Assembly: GCA_977017645.1 (NCBI GenBank)
Contig: OZ360243.1
Coordinates: 51,026,001-51,090,000 of the forward strand
Reading direction: 5' to 3'
Source: Torpedo marmorata
Lineage: Eukaryota
DNA length: 64,000 nucleotides
Below the pieces are notes generated by a model that ran no database searches, was not told the DNA's origin, and saw only the letters and a list, made by a program, of their open reading frames with translations. Shown piece by piece: positions 14,270-27,159 of this stretch (the first letter of the stretch is position 1; the number at the start of each line of letters is the position of its first letter). The translations under genes and the position numbers were made by a program.

Positions 14270-15025
14270 GAAACTAAGAAGCTGATTGTTGACTTCAGGA
14301 AAGGAAAGCCAGGGGTATACAATCCAGTGATCATTGGGGGATCAGAGGTGGAGAGGGTGAGCAAATTTAGGTTCTTGGGAGTCACTTTCTTGGAGGATTT
14401 TTCCTGGACCCAACACACCAATGGCATCGTGAAGAAAGCACGTCAGCGCCTCTACTTCCTCAGGAGTTTGCAGAGGTTTGGCATCACGGTCTGGTATGGG
14501 AACACCAATACCCCTGAGCGTAAAGCCCTCCAAAAGGTAGTGGACACAGCTCAGGACATTACTGGCAAAACCCTCCCCACTACTGAGTACATCTACAGGG
14601 AACGCTGCCGTCGGAGGGCAGCAGCAATCATCAAAGACCCACACAACCCAGCACACGCTCTGTTCTCGCTGCTGCCATCAGGAAAGTGGTATAGGTGCCA
14701 CAAGACTTGCTCCACCAGGTTTAGGAACAGCTGCTACCCCTCTACCATCAGAATCTCAATGACAAAGTCAAATCAGAGACTCATTTAAGGACTCTTACTC
14801 ATGCACTTTATTGATTTTTCTTTGCTCTCTGTATTGCACAGTCAGTTTCATTTTCAGTTTCATTCGTTACCTGTTAGCAGTTCTTTTGATTGTTTACATG
14901 TTTACGCTGTGTACAGTTTACCTTTTGCACTACCAATTAGTGGTAATTCTGCCACACCCGCAGGAAAAAGAATCTCAGGGTTGTATGTGACGTCATGTAT
15001 GTACTCTGACAATAAATCTGAAATA
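14270..15025 (+). mobile_element. Rex-Babar (Rex1-like) LINE 3' fragment
   Basis: ORF 14327-14788 ([42 protein letters not shown]) and tail ...CTGACAATAAATCTGAA. Confidence 0.85.
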
Positions 15026-15599
15026 TAATTAATTCAGAGAACAGGGGCCAGCCAGAATGGAAATGAACAACAATGGAAGGGAATTGGTTTTGAAATATTG
15101 TGCGATTGAAGATAAGCTTACCCAGAGTGGAGTTCAACAGGAAAGACCCTGCCTGCGTTTCTCCAGCACTTTTATGTTCTATAATCCAGCATGGAACATG
15201 ATTGCAGCTATTTCCAGGTTGTACTGCAGCATTCTTGAATTTTGACCAGGTGTTTCTGGTCAGAAAAAAACCCACTTCAATGCCTGTGCTAGCCAGAGCT
15301 GGAAAGAGAGATTAGGATAGAGAGGTACTTGATAGTGAACACAGACTGAATGTTTCTGCGCTGTATGACCCTATGATTAGGACCTATCACAAATACCAAA
15401 AATAAATGCTGGGGGTCCAAGGGAGGAAGCAAAGAAGTGCTCATGTTGAAAGAATGTATACTCATGAAATCTATAGAGATACTTCTTTCTTCCTGCTCTA
15501 TTGTCCCACATGCTCAGGTTAATCATGGATGTGGTGACAAGATTTATGATATTGTGCAGGTAACTGCTTTGCCCCTAAAGGTAAAGGTCACTATTACTC

Positions 15600-16350
15600 G
15601 CAGCATCCTGGCCAGGATTATTCAAGATGGTTTATGTCATTTTCTGTTGTTTCCTATTCATCATAGGCCCTGCCCAACTTTGGTACACTGTTCTCAAAGA
15701 GAGTTGACTTCCTTTACTTTTCCTTCAGCAATGAAGAGGTAGCTTTAGGCTTCCACAAAATTTAGATCATTATAGACTGAAGTACTCCAGTCTGCCCTTC
15801 AGAATCTGCAACTCATCATGAATCAAAAAGGCTTTCCACTTATTCAATTTGCAAGTTTCCATTGATCATGAGGGATTTTCCAGGAATGTGTCCAGGAACC
15901 TGACATGACGCCTTCATTCCAATGGTAACATCTTTCACAGGCAATCATGGAACCAAGGCTGGGTCTTGAATGATACAAGATAACCTCTCCTTCCATGGCT
16001 TTTGGTGGAGAGATACAACTCCATCAACTCCTGTAGAGCGCTGTTACAATCAACATCACAACACAAACAAGACGCTAGTAAAGAACGCATTCATACTTTT
16101 TGTAATGAGTTTCCACTTTCTGCACCAGTCGAGAGGCTCTTTGCAGTAAACTAAGCAAATCTACATCGATTGTAAAGGTATGGAGTGAGCTCCACAATGT
16201 TGTTTAGCCCTTTCTTTAGGGCCCAAAGCAAGAAAAGGAGGAACCACCTGAAAAGGAAGAGCAGAAGGAGGATGAGGATGCCAGAGAGGAAAAGAATCAT
16301 GAGGATCAGGCACTACAAGTGCTAGCTAGACTATACTGATCATATGGCTC
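15600..16350 (+). mobile_element. Fossil PIF/Harbinger (HARBI1-like) transposase fragment
   Basis: Broken frames give NQKGF.. (~15820), PGT*HDAFI (~15893) and PSTPVERCYNQHHNTNKTLVKNAFILFVMSFHFLHQSRGSLQ (16021-16146), followed by LHN and an acidic tail. This matches the Harbinger motif order NRKGFHS, PGS.HDA, E..YN..H, LK.RF..L..SGG.LQ, LHN. Confidence 0.65.
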
Positions 16351-17904
16351 ACCACTGACGAGAGACTTCACTCTGGTCCTAAAATCATGTACACTTTCAT
16401 AGCCAGGTTGACGTGATCATGGCACCACTTTCTCACAGCACTTCACGGCACAATTCAACCAATGCTTTGCAAAAGTCAGCTAAGAAAGCTGAACATAAAA
16501 CCTAGCCAATGATCTTGCAAAAAAAAAACCACATGATCCTTGCATGAGGAGGGAGATGAAAGTTAACCTTATCGCTGGATCGTGAACTCACACTGCATTA
16601 TTGTCACAGGGAGCAATGGCTCACTCGTGCACTCAGTTTCCTTGTGCTTGTGGAGTCCTGCCAATGCCTCTACTTTACCATCTTGTAAATGATAGGCTGT
16701 AAAGATATTACCATAGAAATGCCTCAGTGGAAAGCTTTTTGTAAGAAAATCCATAAAAGGCACACATTAGCAGATTAATAGCAACATGCATTCAATGGAT
16801 ACTTATATCTCACTTGGATAAGGTGTTCTCAATCATCAATTTTATTGATGATTGATAAACATCAAAGCTGTTTAATTACCGTTATGAACCCCTTTCCTTG
16901 AAGACAATTCTCTTCATACAACCATCAGGTCTGTCCTTTAAAAATGTCCTCATTAATGCCAGCTGACAGCTTGAATCTAGTTTAAAGACTACTCTTAACA
17001 ATAGTTATATTGTTGCCCACAATCAAAAGAATATCCAGGTGGTGCAGGGACACTGGAATATTGAACTTCTTTGGACAATGCCAAACTGTTTACTGAGCTC
17101 AGTCCAGACCAGCATTCAGAACTGCAGTGGTCCATTTAGGCCAGTGCAAGAAAAAAAGAGTAGCAATGCTCATCAAGTCTCCGTTGATGCAAATAGCATC
17201 CCTGGAAATATATCATTAATCCTGGCAGTGTTTTTCAGGATTAAATTGTTGTTGTAGTAGTAATAAGACCATAGTAGAATAAAACCGATTACTAAAGGAT
17301 TATAATACTTTAGTTCTCAGATATTTAAATATTGCCAGAATTACAGTAGCTATATTTAGTCTCTAAATGCTCCAGAATGTCTAAACCAATAGATTAACCA
17401 TTTGTTGGTTGTATTGCAGATCAATGTTCCTGTAGTGGTAATGTTAACTCAATTAAACCTGTGCATGCATCATCTACAAATATCTAAAAAATTGAATTAT
17501 CAACCATGAAGAAATGACTAATGGCATCTATTTTCATTTGTATCTGATTGATGATGTGAATGGTAATAGGGTGTAATATTATGGGGTAATATTATCCACG
17601 ACTGTGGAGGCTGAGAACATGGTCTGCACATGACTTCTACAACACTGCAACTGGTCTACTTATATTGGAAAAGATAGAGCACTGAATCATGTTTCCGAGT
17701 TTTGAAGGATTATCTTTCCGAAGTTGTAATCATTCATTCAAATAAAGCATCACACTGACAGACAATATGATCTTCTGCAGTGGTGCCATACCACTGAGTC
17801 TTAGTAATGTTTTCTTTATTTTTACACCTTCCAAACCCTGCCATAGTGGAATAAAGTGATACAATGTTTAAGAGACATAATTAATTAAATGATAATAATC
17901 ATGA

Positions 17905-18805
17905 CAAGATGATACAAAGATAGGTGGAGGGCAGGTAGTGAGGAGGAAACAGAAAAGCTGCAGAGAGACTTAGATAGATTAACAGAATGGGCAAAGTAGC
18001 AAATTAGATACAATGTTGGAAAGTGTATGGTCATGCACTTCAGTAGAAGAAATAAAAGGGCAAACTTATATGGATGGGGAGAAAATTCAAAATTCAGAGG
18101 TGCAAAGGGACTTGGAACCTAAAGGTTAACCTCCAGGTTGAGTCATTGATGAAGAAGCTAATTGCAATGTTGGCATTCATATCTAGAAAAATAGGATATA
18201 AGAGCAGGGATGTGATGTTGAGCCTTTATAAGGCACTGGTAAGGCCTCACAGAGTACGGGGTACAGTTTTGGGCTCCTTATTTAAGAAAGGATATACTGG
18301 CATTGGAGAGGGTTCAAAGAAGATTCACAAGAATGATTCCTGGAATGAAGGGATTAGCATATGAGGAATGTTTGACAGCTCGCGGACTCGTACTCTTTGG
18401 TGTTCATAAGAATGAAGGGAAACCTCATAGAAGCATTTCAGATGCTGAAAAGCCTGGACAGAGTAGATGTGGCAAAGTTGTTTCCCATGGTAGGGGAGTC
18501 AAGGACAAGAGGGCATAACTTCAGGATTGAAGTGTGCCCATTTAAACCAGAGATGCGGAGGAATTTCTTTAGCCAGAGAGTAGTGAACCTCTGGAATTTG
18601 CTACCATGGGCGGCTGTGGAGGCCAAGTTGTTAGGTGCATTTAAGGAAGAGATTGATAGGTATCTGAATAGTCATGGAATCAAAGGTTATGGGGAGAAGG
18701 CAGGGGAGTGGGGCTGAGTGGGCGAATGGATCAGCTCATGATGGAATGGTGGAGCTTACTCGATGGGACAAATGTCCTATTTCTGCTACTATATATTATG
18801 GTCTT
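17905..18805 (+). mobile_element. CR1-type LINE 3' fragment
   Basis: ORFs 18074-18717 (LYKALVRPH, ERVQRRFTRMIPGM, SRTRGHNFRI, FFSQRVVNLWNLLP) with frameshifts. Confidence 0.9.
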
Positions 18806-19814
18806 AAGATTAAAGTAATTCCTTTTTTTTAACTATTATTACCTGAATGCCTGCCCTTCATATTTTTCAGCTCACTTTTGAAGGCCAATTATTATGACAT
18901 AGTGCCCAACAACTGCACGATTCCAAAGTTACCATAATGTGCATAAAGGACATCTGTAAAAAGTACTTGCTCTTGATGAGGCAATGCCATCATCCAGGGA
19001 AGCTGGGTGCTGGGCAGTGGTGAACCTGTTGCCAATGCTGGGAGGAGAAGGCTGACCTCTTGAGGAGGGACTGCAATAGGCTGCTCCATAATAACAATGA
19101 ATCCCCTAATGCTTTGCTATAATCCATCATCACAATCTCCATACTTGTGCCACATCCAGCTACGATACCATACACCCTAGCTTTCAGTTGCCTGTATTCT
19201 TCATTGTGTTCCTGAGAAACAGTTTGCTGCTCTAACTAAACAACAATACCCTCTCTATGGAGTCAGATCTTACCCTGGAGTTGCATCAGTCTGTTCCTGG
19301 ATAAGAGAAATTTGTTTGAAAAAAGAAATAGGAAATGTTCAAGACATTGAACAAGTCTGGCAAAATCTAGAGAAAGAGAAATCAAAGATCCCTTTTCAGG
19401 ACTGGGGAGAGAAAAAACAGGTCAGTTTTAAATGTCAGAGAGGGTGGCAGATGGATGGAACAAAGGGAGAGGGTGAGCTGCCATGGGGATTAACTATAAA
19501 CAATTTGATCAATGAATTAATGGAGTCAGTTGAAGAGAGAGAACTTAAACAATGGAACATAAAAGCCAATGAAAGAAGGGCAGTTAGGCAGTAGGAACAC
19601 AATTAAATGAATGAAAAAGTTGTATAATACAGGGCCATAAAATATGCCCAGCAATCTAACCTGTGCCAATGGAGAGAGAAAAACTGTCAGTATCACAGGG
19701 AGGATAGCCATTTCTGTTATAGACAGAAAAAGACAGTTACATGAAGCTGTAGAATTCATCGTTGAGTCAGTAAGGCTGCAGCATGGCCAGGTGAAAGATG
19801 AGACGACATATATT

Positions 19815-21030
19815 ACAAACCCACTAACTCCCACAACTACCTTGACTACACTTCCTCACACCCTGTCCCCTGCAAGGATTCTATCCCCTTCTCTCAATTT
19901 TTCCGTCTCCGCCGCATCTGTTCCCAAGATGAGGTGTTCCAGTCCAGATCTTCTGAAATGTCTGCCTTCTTCCACAAACGTGGCTTCCCCTCCACCACCG
20001 TCAACTCAGCCCTCACCCGCATCTCCTCCATTTCCCGCTCATCTGCCCTGGCCCCCTCTGCCCCCAGACGCAACAAACATAAAATCCCCCTTTATCCTCA
20101 CCTAACACCCCACCAGCCTCTGCATTCAACACATTATCCTCCAGAATTTCCGGAACTTACAACAGGATCCCACTACCAGACACATCTTCTCCTCTCCTCC
20201 CCTCTCTGCCTTCCGCAGGGACCACTCCATCCGTGACTCCCTCGTGCACTCATCCCTCCCCACCAATCCCCCCCCCCGTCACCTTCCCCTGTAGCCGCAG
20301 GAGGTGCCACACTTCCACCCACACCTCCTCCCTCACCACGGTCTGGAGCCCCAAACAGGCCTTTCAAGTGAAGCAACACTTCACGTGTATCCGCAGGACT
20401 GATTTACTGCATCCGGTGCTCACTTTGTGGCCTTCTCTACATCGGAGAGACTCGGCGCAGATTGGGAGATCGCTTCGCTGAGCACCTTCGCTCCGTCTGC
20501 ACCAGTGACAGAGACCTCCCAGTAGCCAACCTTTTCAGTTCTGTGTCACACTCCCATACTCATGTGTCTGTCCATGGCCTTATGTACTATCCCACCAAGA
20601 CCACCCGCAAATTGGAGGAACAACACCTGATTTTCTGTGTGGGCTCTCTCCAGCCAGATGGCATTAACATCGACTTTTCCAGATTCTGCTAACCTGCTCT
20701 CATCTTCTCCCCCCCCCACCCCCCCACTTCCCTTCCCCTTTCCAGCTCTCCTCCCTCCCTTCACCTAGCCATCCCTCCACCCCTTGATCGCTGCTGTCCC
20801 CTCCATCCCTCTCCACCTATCACCTCCTGCCTTTGCGACCACCCCTCCCCCACTACTCTTTTGTTCGGACGCCTGCCGACATTTTTACATTCCTTGATGA
20901 AGGGCTCAAGCCCGAAACATCGGTTATGTATTTCTAACTTTGCTACATAAAGTACACTGTTTGACCTGCTGAGTTTCTACAGCATTGTGTTTTTACTTCA
21001 ATCACGGTGTCTGCAGATTTTCGTGTTTTA
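19815..21030 (+). mobile_element. Penelope-like element 3' portion (RT thumb, GIY-YIG endonuclease, terminal repeat)
   Basis: Frameshifted YLDY.SSHP..CKDSIPFSQF.RLRRICS, LIYCIRCSLCGLLYIGET.RRLGDRFAEH and RKLEEQHLIF..GSLQPDGINIDF; C-rich tract and terminal repeat at 20880-21030. Flanked by older opposite-strand Penelope remnants (~19300-19810, ~21035-21450). Confidence 0.9.
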
Positions 21031-23321
21031 CTTATGAGGTGCCATTCATCAAGCTTGAATTAGGCCACAAACAGATAGGTCTAAGGGGAATGGCGTGGAG
21101 AATTAAAGTAGTAGTGCAGGATCACTCCCATGAACTGAATATTGGGACTGCAAACTGGTCACCTAATTTGCTTTTGGTTTTTCTGTGTTGACAAATCACA
21201 TTGTGAACACCGAATGCAGTGGATTGGAAGAAGTGCTAGTGAATAACAGCTTCACTTTGAAAACATTGTTAGGAACGGTATGGTGGGAGTTGAAGAGTAG
21301 AAAGGAGAGGAGTGGTAACTCCTACAATTGCATGGGAAAGCTATAAGAAGAAGAGTGGTTGGTGAAGACAGAAGAGCGGACCAGGGATTCACAAAGGAAA
21401 TAACCCCTTCAAAATGTGGAAAGGGAAGTGGAAAATGTGTCTGATTAAGCAATATTCAAGATGGCTTCTCACTTCTTCGAGAACAGGCAGCTCTTAATTG
21501 GTAACAAGTAACTGAACTCTAATTGAGGCTGCTTTCATCTGCACAGAGGCACTAGGGTTTCAAATGACCTGAAGCTCTGTTTGCATGGCTGCGGCCACCT
21601 GACCCAACAGCTGTTGTAAGATACGTTTGTCAGCAGATCATTGCACAGAAGTTTGCATCAGCTTCAAAGTGAATGTGATGCTCTTCTGGCTTCTCCCAAT
21701 TTCCTTTGAGAGGTGTGAGTTGTGTTTATCCACGCCCTTTGACATGCGTGTCTCCGGTCAAACAGGGCACGCAGTGTGCCAGCATCTTCATCCTCCTCCA
21801 TCACAGTCCTCGAGGCAGGAGGAAGCCAGCACCCATCGATTCTTCCCATCAGACACCTCTTGGCCACATCAGTCGGCGTAGCATTTACGGAACTGGAGTG
21901 GAAGTAAGTCATCCATGATCCCAAAGGACTGCCTAAGGGAACAGGCTAAATGCTGGTAGTCACAAGTGCTTACAATGGTTCAACATGTGCTGTGCCAAAA
22001 ATAACACAGAGTGGCGTTTTGTAGGGAAACTGGACAACCCTCTGCAGTGAACCGAGCAATTAAAGGCAATCATCTGTAAAACACTTCCACAAATCGTGGT
22101 AGGATCACCCACCATGCTGTGGTGATGTCATTAAAATGCAATAAAGCAATTTCCAGACTCCTAAGGTGATGGAGATAAAAGGAAATTGCTATCCCTTGAG
22201 CAGTGTGAAGTAGAGAAAAGATTTGCTGTCTAATTAACCATCTATTATTGCTTCCTTGTTGCTTTTTCTACACCAGCTGATAGAGCAAGCAGTTCTGTTA
22301 ACTGGGAAGATTTCATTATCTTCTACAGCCCAATGCAAAGGTTCCACCAATGCCCCTGTACATGGGTGTCCACATTAACTTTCATATCCAGAGCTCACTG
22401 GAACCAACATGGATAGAAGTTGAACCTTGCAGCTTAACCTCGAGGTTGTAAATCAGCCACTAAGCCATTGGCTTGGCTCAAGTGGTGTGAGAACAGGCAA
22501 AAAACATGCTGCTCTGTTGTTTAACTGACAGACCTTTGATTCATGTGATCTTCACTGCTATTGGTGACTTCACTGTGGATCTGTAGCAGGGTTTCCCAAT
22601 ATTTTAAAATATAGTTATTTTTATAATGATAGATAATCTTCATGTTTTGCTATTCCTTTGCTTACCTGACACAATATGGACTTTTCCCAGGTGTATTCTA
22701 ACTCTGAGTCATTAGTGGGGCGTGGGGGGGAGGGGTGGTATTGGTGAGGTTTCTACTAAATAAAACTATGATCTGAGTTGTGTAGCCATGAGCATATATC
22801 ACTGCAAAGACAATTGGTCTACTGAGTACTGTAATTTCACTCATATAACGTGCACACGCATATAACGTGCACACGCATATAATGCGCAGAAAATCATAAA
22901 TTGTGTAAAAATATTTTCGTATAACACGCAAACACATATACCGCATGGGTGCAGTATTCTAAATTCCAACTGACAAAATCAATTTGCATTTAATTGGGAC
23001 ATGAGACAAAACACATTCCATAGTCCCACTATCTGCAACAGTTAATCTCCCGCTATTTACACCCATTCAACTCCCCTCAGCGGTGTTAATCGCCCATTAT
23101 ATAGATGACATCATCCTGCAACACATTAACAAGTTTTGGAGAGGATTCAATTAAATAGATCGAAGACAGGCTTCAGAACTAAGCAGGATCTTAAATCTGT
23201 CATGATTTAAAAAGCTTTTCTTTAAAAGAAACCTTATCTTGTTAAAAACAGTGTGCAATTGAGAAATTTATGGTTTGATTTGATGTAATGAGGATGATTA
23301 AATTGATGCCATAGAGCAGAA

Positions 23322-23696
23322 TCATTGCCGCTATTACATTTCCACGCTAGCTATAAATTGAGTGCATTCTTTCATTGCCGCTATCACCGTACATTCCCAC
23401 GCTAGCTTTAAATTGTGCGCGTTCTTTCATTGCCGCTATTACATTCCCACGCTAGCTATAAATTGAGCGTGTTCTTTCATTGCCGCTATCACCGTACATT
23501 CCCACGCTAGCTTTAAATTGTGCGCGTTCTTTCATTGCCGCTATCACCGTACATTCCCACGCTAGCTATAAATTGAGTGTGTTCTTTCATTGCCGCTATC
23601 ACCGTACATCCCCATGCTAGCTTTAAATTGTGCGCGTTCTTTCATTGCCATTATTAACGTACATTCCCACACCCGCTATAAATTGTGCGCGTTCTT
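23322..23696. repeat. Minisatellite, 7 units of 50/55 bp
   Basis: Units start with TCATTGCC at 23322, 23372, 23427, 23477, 23532, 23587 and 23642. Confidence 0.95.
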
Positions 23697-23830
23697 GGAA
23701 CATGAGACAAAACACATTCTTGTCTCATTTACCCGGTACTTGGGACATGAGACAAAACACATTCTTGTCTCATTTACCCGGTACTTGGGACATGAGACAA
23801 AACATTTACTTGGGAGATGAGACAAACACA
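23696..23830. repeat. 45-bp tandem repeat with internal hairpin
   Basis: CATGAGACAA at 23701, 23746 and 23791; each full unit contains ATGAGACAA-N9-TTGTCTCAT. Confidence 0.9.
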
Positions 23831-24990
23831 TTCCATAGTCCCACTATCTGCCACAGTTAATCTCCCATGATTTACACCCATTCAACTCCCCCCAGTGGTG
23901 TTAATCGCCCATTATATAGATGACATCATCCTGCAGCACATTAACAAGTTTTGGAGAGGATTCAATTAAATAGATTGGCTTCAGAGTTAAGCAGGATTTA
24001 ATCCTGTCATGATTTAAATTGTGCACGTTGTTTCAACATGTAAAAATATTCTCGTATAGCGCGCACACGCATATATCGCACGTACCTGGTTTGTAAAAAA
24101 CGCATATAACGCGTGACGGTAAATGAGAACCACCTGCCCATCTCTAGGGTTCTGATGAATTCTTGAGTGTCCTGTCCTGCCATGACCAAGGTCCCTGGTG
24201 GAACTTGACCTGTTCCCCTGCAGACACCTAGTGAGATGGAAAGTGTGACCAAGATCTAGCCCTCTTGCTCCTGGTCAAGAATAACAAGGTGAACAACAGC
24301 TAATCAGCTTTCCCATGCTCACTCCGCAGTACGATTACTTTGCAAGCGACTTCTACGTGTGAGTATCTGACTATTGTACCTGTCAAAATTTCAACCTGGG
24401 TTGACGACCTACTGCACCTGAAATTTAAACTTCCTCCATGGTGTTGACCCTTTTAGCTCTCTACACTTGACCCTTTTAGCTCTCTACCCTCATGCAGCCC
24501 AATAACCCCGAAATCTATGAAATCCTCCAATTTTACCCTTTTGTGCGGAACTAATTTTCATCCCTGCACCATTGGTGGTTGTCTTCAGCTGCTGAGGAAT
24601 TCTTTCCCATCCACCTTACTTGACCTCCACCTTTCCTATCTACTAAGAGGATGGTTAAATCGTACTTGACCAAGCTTTTAGTTATATAACTTAATATCTC
24701 CTTATACTCAGTATCAATCTTTGTCCAGTAATGCTCTTCTCAACAAAGAGAATGTCCACATGTAAAATTCACCACAGGTTGGAAAGCACTTGTGGCTGCA
24801 ATCTTAATGTTCTGTTTCAATGTTGACAGTGCATCTATTATCATCTTTGCCAGCACAGACTTTACAAAAGCATCCTCAAAGGAACCTCTTGGTGAAGCAC
24901 AAATGAAATTTCACACATGAAATGTGACAGCTGAGGAAGGTTTTACACAATACCAAATTGGAGATGAATATATTAGTCTTCACCACCAAT

Positions 24991-26681
24991 TATTCAAGAA
25001 CTCATCCATAGACCTGAATGAATATGCAACAGGTGTCATCGACTTCATCAAGACCTGTGTGGATGAGTGTGTGCCCATGCGCAAATACCGGGTGTTCCCA
25101 AACTAGAAGAAGCCCTGGATGAATCAGAGAATTCGCAACCTGCTGAGGGCGAGAACAAGGGCGTTTAAGGCCGGGGATCGGGATCTTTACAAGAAGTCCA
25201 GGCACGACCTGCGGAAGGCCATCTCTGAAGCAAAGTGGCAATTCCAGAGGAAGCTAGAGACAGAGACAGATACACGCCAACTATGGCAGGGAGTGCAGGC
25301 CATTACAGCCTACAAAGTGAGGGCGAACACTATAGACGGCTGCGATGCTTCACTACCCGATGAGCTGAACACCTTCTATGCCCGCTTTGAGAAGAAGAAC
25401 CAAACAGTGCCTACTAGAATCCCTGAAAAGGCTGAGGACCCTGTGATATCTGTCTCTGAGGGCGACGTCAGAACATCATTCAAGAGGGTGAACCCTCGCA
25501 AGACGTCAGGCCCTGGCGGCGTACCTGGCAGGGTACTGAAAATCTGCGCCAACCAACTAGCCGGAGTGTTCATGGACATTTTCAATCTCTCATTGCGGCA
25601 GTCAGAGGTTCCCACCTGCTTCAAAAGGGCATCAATCATCCCGGTACCCAAGAAGAGTAGTGTGAGCTGCCTCAACGACTACCGCCCAGTAGCACTAACT
25701 TCTACTGTGATGAAATGCTTTGAGAGGCTGGTCATGGCCAGAATTAACATGTACCTAAGCAAAGATATGGACCCACTGCAATTTGCCTATCACAATCGCT
25801 CCACAGTAGATGCAATATCGCTGGCTCTCCACTCAGCTCTGGATCACCTCGAAAACAGCAATTCATACATACGGCTGCTCTTCATCGACTACAGCTCGGC
25901 CTTCAATACCATTATTCCCTCAGTGCTGGTCAAGAAGCTATAAACTCTAGGTCTCTGAACCCCACTCTGCAACTGGATCCTTGACTTTCTCATCGGAAGA
26001 CCACAGTCAGTACGAATTGGAAACAACGTCTCCTCCTCACTGATTATCAACACAGGCGCACCCCAAGGATGCGTGCTTAGTCCACTGCTCTACTCGTTAT
26101 ATACCCATGACTGTGTGGCCAGGCACAATTCCAATGCCACCTACAAGTTTGCCGATGACACCACAGTTGTTGGCAGAATCACAAATGGCAATGAGGAAGC
26201 GTACAGGAGGGAGATAGATCAGCTCGTTGAATGGTGTAACGACAACAACCTTGCACTCAACGTCAGTAAAACCAAGGAGATGATTGTGGACTTCAGGAGG
26301 AAGTCAGGGGAACACGACCCAGTCCTCATCGAGGGCTCAGTAGTGGAGAGGGTCAAGAACTTCAAATTCCTGGTTGTCAACATCTCCGAGGATCTGTCCT
26401 GGAGCCTCCACATTGATGCAATCACAAAGAAGGCTCGTCAGCGGCTATACTTTGTGAGGTGTCTGAGGAGATTCAGTATGTCACCGAAGACTCTCATAAA
26501 CTTCTACAGGTGTACCGTGGAGAGCATTCTGGCTGGTATGGAGGCGCCAACTCTCAGGACAAGAATAAACTCCAGAGGGTTTTTAACTCGGCCTGTGACA
26601 TCACAGGCACCAGACTTCACTCCATCAAGGACATCTACATGAGGCGGTGTCTTAAAAAAGCAGCCTCTATCCTCAAAGACC
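24991..26681 (+). mobile_element. Rex-Babar LINE copy A (RT domain, truncated at both ends, with stops)
   Basis: ORFs 25119-25943 and 26073-26642: [46 protein letters not shown]. Confidence 0.95.
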
Positions 26682-27159
26682 ATTTCATCCCTGAACTAGA
26701 ACCATTTCTAGTATGGAATCATACAGCACATTTATACCAGTCTCATTTCACAGAATATGGCCAAATGATCATCTACTTACTAAAATCTGTCTTCACCACT
26801 TTCTCAGACAGTGTTACTAGATTTGAATCATATTCTGGGTGGAAAAAAATCCTCAAGTCCGAACTAAACCTCTGTTCACCATATACTCTATCTTTGCCCC
26901 TCATAATATTGTATACCTCAAATAGTTACCCCGTCAGCTTTCCCTTCCAAGGAAAACAAACCCAGCTTATGAAGTCTCTTCTCATTGCTGAAACATACCA
27001 TCCAGGAAACATCCTACAACCACATCCTTCCTATAGGTGGCAACCAGAATTACATCCAGTACTCCAGCTGTGACCTATTCTCTTATTTAGTTGTACCATA
27101 ACTTCCTTGTTCTTATATCCTTTAAATTTTAAATGTTGTTTGTCATATCTATAATTGGA

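Larger units (their letters stand above)
22829..24119. mobile_element. Tc2/pogo-like non-autonomous DNA transposon with internal repeats
   Basis: TA-flanked ends TA|CTGTAATTTC... and ...GACGG|TA; subterminal GCACACGCATATAAC motifs at both ends; internal ~215-bp direct repeat (22994-23211 and 23810-24018). Confidence 0.6.

Noticed and set aside
23322-23830. CRISPR-like array (palindromic 45-bp and 50/55-bp repeats)
   Set aside because: Units are contiguous with no unique spacers, there are no cas genes, and the context is a vertebrate transposon
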